Made by a program: the position numbers and the translations under genes. Below the pieces are notes generated by a model. The model was given only the letters and a program-made list of their open reading frames with translations. It ran no database searches and was not told the DNA's origin. Positions 25,346 to 35,224 of a DNA stretch of 64,000 bases are shown here, piece by piece (position 1 is the stretch's first letter; every line of letters begins with the position of its first letter). The DNA is taken from NCBI RefSeq assembly GCF_018350175.1, contig NC_058372.1, positions 131,626,001-131,690,000 of the forward strand, in the 5' to 3' direction. This DNA is from Felis catus. Lineage: Eukaryota.

Positions 25346-27097
25346 AGTGGTTTGCATGAAAAGTATTAGCATGAATATCCAAATTCTATAATTTCTATTT
25401 GATATTTTTCCTTAGTAGCTCATATTTTAATATATGTTTTTAGAATTTTTACTTTTTTTCAGCAAAAGAAAACACATTCGCAGATTCTATTCAATGCCTT
25501 GGTTTATTGGGGTAAAGCCAAGAAGAGAAGGAATTTTGCTCATGAACTATATGTTATGATAAATTTATTTTTAGAATAATAGTTATTGTTTATTTTTCAT
25601 ATATTAAAAAAGTGATAAATATTTATTGTAGGAAATTTTTAAAATATAGGAAAGCACAGAATAGCTGATAAAAATTATCTAAATTCTACCAATATATGGA
25701 GAAAAACCACCATTACCTGTTTTTTTTTTTGGTATATTCTAATTTTTACAGAAACACACAAATACATATACACATTATTTTTACTAATTATTTATAAACT
25801 TAATTTTCACTGGAGATTTTATGACATTCAATATTTAATATTAGGATTTGGTATTAGTTATAGATACAATAATTGTTTTTGATATTCCTAAAACTACCAA
25901 AGTGATGGAGAGGCTCAGAAGTATTTTTGACTTATTTTCTATTAGAAATATTTCTCCGTTCTGTTTTGATTTTTTTCAATCATTTATTAATTTACTGTAA
26001 ATAGGTGGCCACATGTCTTTTTATGTCCTCCAAAAGTCCCAATTTATTCATTTTGTCATGACATCAAAGCACTCCCTTCATCCTTAAAAGCAATTATTCA
26101 TCCTTTGCATGAGAGATTATATGGTTTCCTTTTATTTCCGAAAGTTGGGGCAGGATAAATGGGGGATAACTGGCACACATTGGTAAATCTGGCATGGATC
26201 CTGCCCTTCAGAAACTATGGCTTTCCAATGTAGGCGATAAGAATTAACATCAATAAGTTATATAACAAAAAGTGAAAAGGATCACAAGAGAAATGCAAAG
26301 ATATAATATACATTGTGATGTGGTCAAGAACTTGATAAACATCTTAGAATGCTGAAGGAGCTATGTGCAAAATTTTGCAAAAGTAGGAAGGTTCAAGGAA
26401 CATATATGAAAAACTAAAACTTCTTACAGTATCAGGGAGTTACTGAAGTGATAAGGAGGGCAAGACTAGAATATCGGAGAGAGAAGAACTGAGAAGTGGA
26501 CCAATGGTCTGCAGCTGCTTTGCCTAGGGGAGCATCCGCCAACTCCAGACCCTGGCTGGGGGCTTAGTGGCCAGGCATGGACTAGGCTTAGTATCCAGGT
26601 ATGACCCAAGCAGAGTCAATGGAGGGAGAAAAGAAAGCAGAAGAGATGCTGCGGCCTTGAAGCTGAAGTGATAAAATGCAAAGCAGAGAGGCTTCCACAC
26701 ATTCTAGCTTCTCTCTCAAAACATTTGCAATTGTCTGCAAAACATTTGCAATTGTCTGCAGTTGAGTGGATCAGAAACGTTAAAAGATAAGCTACACACT
26801 TCTGATATATGGAGTTATTTTTCTGAGGGCTTCCAATGCTGAGAAGACAGACCTTCCTGTGGAAAGAATGAGAAAACACCTTAGCAACCATGTGAGGCCA
26901 GACTGACAAAACTGGAGAGGCACTCAATCATGTGGTCAAGGTTCCACATCAAAACATTTGCCTAATTCTGAAGATGTGTGGGTCAGAAAGCCAAAAATCT
27001 AAATTGAAAATCTTTGAGAAGCTGACCAGAATCTCCCATAGCCTCTTAATGCTGAGGTGTACTAGTGCACAAGATATTCTATTAAAAATCCTGAAGA

Positions 27098-27293
27098 GGT
27101 AGCTCAGTTGGTTAACCATCCAAATCTTGATTTTGGCTCAGGCCATGATCTCACTGTTCATGAATTTGAGCCCTACATCGAGCTCTGGGCTAACAGCACA
27201 GAACCTGCTTGGGATTCTCTGCCTCCCTCTCTCTCTGCCCATCCTTTGCTCTCTCTCTCCAAAATAAACAAATAAACCTAAAAAAAAAAAAAA
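27098..27293 (+). mobile_element. Older, 5'-clipped Can-SINE
   Basis: SINE body and A-tail; imperfect TSD cctgaag. Confidence 0.85.
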
Positions 27294-27473
27294 GCCCTGA
27301 AGGGATATTCCCTACTGTAGACCAATTCCTAACCCAATTATAAACTAACTTTGACTCAGCGCAGTCTGGATTAGATTAAGATGATATGTCCACCTCTACT
27401 TAACAGATAAAGTGGTAAAACAACTCTTAGCACAGATAATACCATCTACAATTTACAGCCTCTAGAGAACCTT

Positions 27474-27475
<2 letters not shown>

Positions 27476-27507
<32 letters not shown>
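27476..27507. repeat. (TG)16 microsatellite
   Basis: Direct reading. Confidence 0.95.
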
Positions 27508-27510
<3 letters not shown>

Positions 27511-27549
27511 ATTCCTATGTGTCTTCTGTGTTTAGGCATGGAAGAATTA

Positions 27550-29600
27550 ATATAACCAAAAAATCAAGGGAAACAGACAATAGAAACAGACTCACAGGTG
27601 ATATACTGATCACTGTTGGAGGATGCTAGAAAACTAAATCATTACTCTGAACACTGGTAAAGAAAAGAAAAGAATCACCATTTGGCTTGTGTTTTCTGTT
27701 TGAACTCTACATCAGAGGAACTGAATAGCTGATGAGGAGAGGTTCTATTTTAGAAAAGAAATCTAGTTGACAAATACAGAAGGAATGTAGAATTAGATTA
27801 CCATTTTTCAGTTTTGTAATAAAATAATTGATCTTCATAATGATCATCAATGACTGCTAAAACCATTGGATGAAAGACTGATGGGAAGTTTTGTAATGTA
27901 TGCTTTAGAGTGACTACACCTAAATGCACTGATCAATCTTAACGTGAGTAATAGACAACCTGATCTATGGGCTTTTGATCTGGTATAATAGAAAATAGAC
28001 ACTACCTCCTATGAATTATATTCCCTGCATAAGCAACCATGAATCTGATCAAGCTCTCAGATCTATCAATTCATAAGCAATAATAGGTCACAGAAAAATA
28101 TGTTGAATGACACTATAGGGACTCAATAAGTAAAACCCATAATCTGGGAAACAATCAGTCTTTCTTCAACAAATAAATAGCCAAGAAAAGGGAGAGGGGA
28201 ACACCTACAGACTAAAAAAGACTTAAGAGACTCATCAACAAAATGCAATTTGCAGATCTTGTTTGGATGTTGATTTAAAAATCAAAAATAAAATAAAAAT
28301 ATATGAGACAATCAGGGAAATCCAAATACTATAATATTAAACATTTAATATCAAATATTAAAGAATTACTATTAATGTGTTTTAGATGTGATAATGTTAT
28401 TGTTTCTTTTATTATAAAAATGTGCACCTGTATTATAGGCCTATGTACCGAATTGATTAAGGATAAAAGACATAATGATTCGGCTTTATTTATTTATTTA
28501 TTTTTAAAGTGTATTTATTTATTTTAATAGAGAGCACAAGCAGCACAGGGGCAGAGAGAGAGAAGGAGAGAGAGAATCCCAAGCAGGCTCCACACTGTCA
28601 GCACAGAGCCTGATGTAGGGCGCAAACCCACGAACAGTGAGATCATGACCTGAGCTGAAATCAAAAGTTGGATGCTTAACCAACTGAGCTACCCAGGTGC
28701 TCCAACTTAGCTTTACTTTAAAATTAATAACTGGCTAGTATAGGTGAAAGAAGATTCACAAATATATTGATTATTAGTGAAGCTGGATATTAGGGAAATA
28801 GTGGTTCATTTTAGTGTTTTCTCCATGTTTCTATATTTCAAAATTTTTTCAGAGTAAAAAGTTGATTTTGAGGATGTCTGAAAAACAGATGCAATTGGAA
28901 AGAATATACAAACTCTTACATATTAGTGTAAATTGTGCAAGTGCTTTACAGCGCAATTTGGTCATATATAAGAAAATGAGTGTGCACTCACAACAATCCA
29001 CCGATTTTACTTCTAGGTTCACACCATAGAACTCTCCCACTTAGGTGTGCAAGGAGACATAATCAAGAATGTTACTGCAGCATTGCTTAAAGTGGCAAAA
29101 TGTAGGAAACAACTTAAGTGGCCACCAATAGGAGAATTGATTATGTTTTGGGTAATGTGGTATGTATTCAGTTTAGTTTAAGTGAATAAACTAGAGCTTT
29201 ATCTATTAATGTAATACCAAATGGACAAAATGGGAAAATTGCTGAATGGAAATAGAGTATGATGTTATGTATATAAAATCTAATAACATGCTAAACACTA
29301 CCATATATTATTTACTGACACATATGAATATGTATGTTGTAAAAGCATTAAAAAATTCCAAGTGATGATCCATACCAAATTTTCCCCCCAAAAGGATAGG
29401 ATTAATATTGAATAATATAGAGGGGGCTTCACATATTTCCTTTATGTTTTCAAAAGAAATAAAACTATAATAAGGCAAAAATGTTCATATTTGACAAATT
29501 TATAATGGCAATTAAATTGAATTTTATTAGAACATTCTCTACAGACTCTTATTAGCTTGGAAATGTTTATAATTAAGAATGTTTAAAGAGAGCAGTATTT
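27550..29600 (+). mobile_element. Old L1M 3' fragments (L1MB/MC/ME-like) with a SINE insertion
   Basis: A-rich, with L1 motifs such as aaatgcaatttgcagatcttgtttggat and attcagataatagaaa; boundaries approximate. Confidence 0.6.
28490..28703 (-). mobile_element. Older Can-SINE
   Basis: Reversed SINE ending acccaggtgctcc. Confidence 0.88.
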
Positions 29601-30641
29601 TACACCTCTATGGAAAAAACTGCATTGTGTGTTTATATAAAGAATATTAATGTACTATGCATGCACTAAAATGGAGAGTAGAACAAATTGCCACTTACAG
29701 ATGGCCTACATATACAGTCAGAGCTCCACTCTGCACTCTGATGAACGAATGTTGAGAAATAAATATTTAAATTCAGATAATAGAAAAATGCATTTGGCTT
29801 TGGGAAGCAGAGGCACAAATTATCCCATATTTATCTATAAAAACAACAAAAAAAAAAGAGAGACCATACTCTGCTAAAATGGCCTTGAGTGTTTGCTGCC
29901 CATCTTTATGATTACTCTGGACATCTGCCACATTATTTCCATGGTGAACTGACCATCTGGAATTGTATAGACCATTTTTTCTCTGCTAAAAGTAGACTCA
30001 CCTCCAAACCTATCATAGACACACAACTTCAGACACAGATAGCTTACCTGCTCTGTAGCTATCTTTCACCTGCTCCTGCCACATCCATTCAATGTCACTA
30101 ATGTTGCTCCCCACAAACTCCATCTCCCACAATTTGGAAAGTAGCAGTTTATTAGAGAAAACAGTTTATTTACTACTAGAAGTTACTGAGATTCTTGAAT
30201 AAGGAAAGTGATTAACAGTCACGAGTAAAATGAAAGAAAGTTTGAGAGACTATGAATTAGTCTACTCTAAACATACTCAGATGTAACACATCCGGGTCTT
30301 TTGTCTGTGTTTTTGTTCCTCATCCTTCAGAGGAAGGGGTTTAATAGTGATGTATTAGGCTGGGATAGCATTTTGCCAATTGGAAGCATTTTCACATTTA
30401 TTCTTTCAAAATTCTTCCTTATGGATGTAAAAATTGGAGTCTGATGGGGGCAAATACACAGTTGGAAAGTGCCTGGTTTCTGGAGTCCTACTCCAGACAT
30501 CATATTGCTATGCTACAATGAGTGAAACTTGTTTGTGACAACTTTTCAAGTTAATGTGAAGAATAATTCCTAGCATACAAACCAAACCGATGTAGGAGTG
30601 ACTTACTATAAAGAAAATGATACATTAAAACAAAGTCACAT

Positions 30642-31442
30642 GACATGAAAAAATGCTCAACATCACTCATCATCCAGGAAATACAAATCAAAACCACAAT
30701 GAGATATCACCTCACACCAGTCAGAATGGCTAATATTAACAACTCAGGCAACAAGANNNNNNNNNNNNNNNNNNNNNNNNNNNNNNNNNNNNNNNNNNNN
30801 NNNNNNNNNNNNNNNNNNNNNNNNNNNNNNNNNNNNNNNNNNNNNNNNNNNNNNNNNNNNNNNNNNNNNNNNNNNNNNNNNNNNNCAGCAGTTGCACTAC
30901 TGGGTATTTATCCAAGGGATACAGGTATGCCGTTTTGAAGGGACACATGCACCCCATGTTTATAGCAGCACTATCAACAATAGCCAAANNNNNNNNNNNN
31001 NNNNNNNNNNNNNNNNNNNNNNNNNNNNNNNNNNNNNNNNNNNNNNNNNNNNNNNNNNNNNNNNNNNNNNNNNNNNNNNNNNNNNNNNNNNNNNNNNNNN
31101 NNNNNNNNNNNNNNNNNNNNNNNNNNNNNNNNNNNNNNNNNNNNNNNNNNACTAGAGGGTATTATGCTAAGCAAAATTAGTCAGTCAGAGAAAGACAAAT
31201 ATTGTGTGACTTCACTCATATAAGGACTTTAAGATACAAAACAGATGAACATAAAGGAAGGGAAGCAAAAATAATATAAAAACAAGGAGAGGGACAAAAC
31301 ATAAGAGACTCTTAAATATAGAGAACAAACAGAGGGTTACTAGAGGGGTTGTGGGAGGGAGGATAGGCTAAATGAGTAATGGCTTAACTAACTTGGATGT
31401 AAATTATAAAAAATAAATAAATTATAGAAAGTTAAAAAAAAG
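30642..31442 (+). mobile_element. 5'-truncated carnivore L1: ORF2 C-terminus, 3'UTR and poly-A
   Basis: Translates [29 protein letters not shown] (L1 ORF2 C-terminus); A-rich tail; imperfect TSD aaaacaa(a)gtca(c/t)at; contains two N runs. Confidence 0.92.
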
Positions 31443-34400
31443 AAAACAAGTCATATAGGACTAAGTACACTCAAAGAGAGATAACTTCTTATATAAAGGA
31501 AGCTTTGGACAATGGGAATAGGTGGAAGAAACTATAACAAGCGGTGACTGTATAGNNNNNNNNNNNNNNNNNNNNNNNNNNNNNNNNNNNNNNNNNNNNN
31601 NNNNNNNNNNNNNNNNNNNNNNNNNNNNNNNNNNNNNNNNNNNNNNNNNNNNNNNNNNNNNNNNNNNNNNNNNNNNNNNNNNNNNNNNNNNNNNNNNNNN
31701 NNNNNNNNNNNNNNNNNNNNNNNNNNNNNGGAAAAAGGAAAAGAAAAGAAAGACTTTGCACTTTCAGAAGAAATTGGATATGAATCTTCCTTACTAAATT
31801 TCTGGGGTTTCTTTAAATCCACAGTTTCTGCCAAAAGATTCAAGCACAGATTTGGAACTTATATTTGACAAGTCTCCATATGCTGCATTTTCCCTCCAAG
31901 CTTTTACTCTGGCTTGCCGAATCTGTGGTTGGTTGAATCTGTGGTTTTACAGTTGCTAAAAATACCCTGAAGTCAAGCTCCTTTCAGTTTTTACACAGTT
32001 GACAAAATGGACACTCTGGCAATGGAGTTTTCAAGGCTTTGGCCTGTAACCTTTAATCAACATTTCATAAAATGTAAGGTCTGTAGGCATAGGTCATTTA
32101 CATTTCACTTCAACCACAAGGTGAGTCAGAGACTGAAAAATGACACCAGGAAGGAAATGCTATAATTGTTTAACTATTTCAATCAATAGTTAATTAAGGT
32201 GGCTTTGGGATTTCTGGGAGTGACCATGTGGAGTTTGGCTGTCAGTGTGGCTGCGACCCATGAAGGAACCCAGAACAGTCCACTGAGTGCAGCGGTAATT
32301 CCAAGTCAGTGACAGAGGCCAGAGAGCTCCCACCTCATCCCCAGGGGACACAAGTGCTATCTGTCTGGGCAGGCCATACTCTGTGCACCTCTGCTGATGT
32401 CACCGTGTCAAGTCTCTGAGCCGTCAAGGTGTTTCCCTGTGGTTTTTTTTAACAGCATACATAGACCCAGCAGACAAGACCAGCTACATCATTTGCACAG
32501 CCCAGTGCAGAAAGGAAGCATGAGGCCCCTGGTTGAAAACGCAGAGGAAATGTTAGAGACTACAATATAAAGCCTTTTCTTTTCTCCTCTGGTCTCTCTC
32601 TCAACCTGTCCTTGTGTTTTTTATTTGCCATTTAATGCTGTGCAGCGGGGGTGATACCTAGGGGCAAGTGCAGACTTTTCCAGGCCCCCCAGCCTCCACT
32701 GCATGACTCCATACAGGTGCAGCCCTCAGGCTGCCAGGTTCCCCTCCCACAGGTCACTGGAAAGACACCACAGGGAAATTGAACCAAGCCTCTCCCCTTC
32801 TTCTCTCCCTCCTGCCCTAGCCCCTGGTAGACTGGTGATCTCGAAGGATATTAAAAAAAACAGCACATGGACTAAAAGGGTGGAGGAGGGGTGAGAGGCT
32901 CACCCCTACGCTGTTGCCTGTTAAGTGCACAGTGGCCCTGCTAGTCCAGGAGGGGATGGCCTGGAGATGCACCCCACCCTGACCTGATCTTCCTGCACTG
33001 TGTCCAGAGGCCCCTGCCAGTGGTAGAGAGTGGCAGCGGTCGATCCCTGGGCAGGGCCAGATAGTGGAGAGCTCGGAGAGCTCGGAGGGTCCCAGGGAGC
33101 ACCAGGGAAGTCAGGGAGGCAGGACCATGGGTAAGCTGAGGCTCTAAGCCCCTGGAGAGCGCTCCATCGCTCCAGCACACAACACTTACAAAACACAAAT
33201 CAAATGATTAAATGATTACAGATCTCAAAATGATGACCATAGACCACGAAATCCCAAGTGCAGGGCCCTTCTGATGAGGGACCCACTGTGCATCCGTATT
33301 AGACACAGGGCCCTGAAGCCAGCCCACTGGACCAGGCCACATGTAGACATTATCTACAGTAGCATTAACTCTGGAATCAAGGGATGCAGGCAGTTTAGCA
33401 AGGGAATCCTTTGAATGTATTTTCTGCCTTCCTTCATGAGAAATGAAGTTGTTTTATTATTTTGTAGGTTAAATAATCTTTTCTTACTGATAATTTCACT
33501 TATACACCCATACATCATACTTTTATCCCTGGTCACCTAGTTGCTGATGTTTTCATGACTTTTTGTGATTTCAGGTGGGCATATTGAATGTCAAGGACAT
33601 GTTACTTTGGCAAGTTTAATAGCAAACATTATCTCTTTGTTTGTTTTAAATAAATGGACTTTTGCAGTAGTAACAAAGTTACATGAAGGTGTTTTGAGTT
33701 TTTATCTCTGGGGGAGGATTTCAAATTGTTCCGGGCAGATCATGTACCATTTTATTGAATGGCCCAAACTTGGCAGAAATACAGATAATGATTAATTTTA
33801 ATTTTTCTCTTTTATCTTCAACTGTGCTATGGAAAACTTTGTTTCCCACCTTCGATATTCATATCAGATTCCTTGATTTCAGGTATTAAAAAGCTATTCC
33901 AGTATACTCTTTTTCAAATTTCAAATTCACATCTCTCCTTCCTAGCATGTATCAGGCCTCTGCCTGAAAAATGTGGAATGAGGAGGGATGTGATCTGTTC
34001 CTACAATATCTCTGTCTCCTTCCTCTTGTGTTTCCCCTCCTCTGTCTGCTTTAATGGGAAAAAAAGAGATAGGGAACATAGCAAAAGTCTTTGACTTGCC
34101 TGCAGCCGTTGTGGCCCTCTTCTGATTAACACTGGATAACTGTCACCAGGATCTTGGGGTAGGTGGCCTAATGCTGATACACAGGGAATCGTTGTGAGTT
34201 TTTAGGGACCCCTATAAGGGACTTCATCACTGAGCGTTCCTTAATATCAACATTCCCCCCAATTCAACCAACCACATCCATAGCACCCACAGCACCTGCT
34301 GCTTTACCATCTCATTCCCCGAAATTCTTTTCCCTGATTGGCAGCCGTCTTATGTGGAGTGATAACAAGATGGCTTTATCCCACTGAGTGCTACTTAACT

Positions 34401-35163
34401 CATGGGAAAGCCCACTTCTCTTCACCCTAACAAAAGATGGAAAGGCCAGCTGCCCACGGCCGCTCCATTAACCTGGTCTTGACCAGTCAGTGCTCTTCTC
34501 CCCTTCTCAGGTCATCCTATGTGCTGTAGAAGGAGACGTCTAACCAAGGAATGAGACCGCATTCTCCCCCATGTGGCAGATGCCTCCGATCTCTTGCCAT
34601 TCCCCCTCTCTCCACCATCAGACATACTCTGTCCGGTGGCCAAGAGATAAATGTGATTTTATAGGAAGTGACAATTATGCCTTTGTGATAAAATAACAAG
34701 GAAAATTAGCAATGCAACTAAAATTCGCGACGTAAGACATAAATCCGTGAACATCCTTAAAGAAGAATGGTCGGCAGGAAGATTCTGCCCGTAACAGGGT
34801 GAGTGGAGGTGGAGCCCACTGCCGCCAGGAAGAAAGGGGGATGTGAAGAGTGGAGGAAAAGGGCTCATTCTGGACAGACACACACACAGCAGCAAAAGCA
34901 TCCGCCACTTGGAAAGAGATGGTCTCGTAAGGGAAAAGAAAGAATGCACTCCACTGACGTGGCTTTCGGAACCGAGTGTGGCAGTGAGAAGCAGCCAGGC
35001 GGGGCGAGGCAGACCCAGGACACGGGGGTGGGGATGACGTGGAGCAAGGCTCAGGAGACAGGCTAGGCCCAGGCCCAGGCACCACCTGAGTGGCGTCATC
35101 GCTGTATCTGTCCACGTGTGTAAGCACTCACTCACTGGGTGTCTTTTTCTTTTCAATCTTCAG

Positions 35164-35224
35164 GAAGAGGCAGCCAGAATTCCCGCCCACCAGCCAGTGT
35201 CCGTCGGCACATGAGCAGCTTTGA
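35164..35224 (+). CDS. GRM1: GRM1 mGlu1b (beta) cassette exon, coding part; whole exon 35164-35248 (85 nt), encodes (K)KRQPEFPPTSQCPSAHEQL*
   Basis: Polypyrimidine acceptor tctttttcttttcaatcttcag|G and donor GAATGT|gtaaga, exactly 85 nt apart. Phase-2 joining to 7850 gives the known short mGlu1b tail, stop TGA at 35222-35224. Missed by the ORF track. Confidence 0.96.

Noticed and set aside
30645-31180. ORFs resembling L1 ORF2
   Set aside because: A short 5'-truncated L1 remnant with a stop and N runs; cannot be an active element.
31556-31729. N run followed by an A-rich stretch, possibly hiding a SINE
   Set aside because: No convincing TSD and the content is unreadable.
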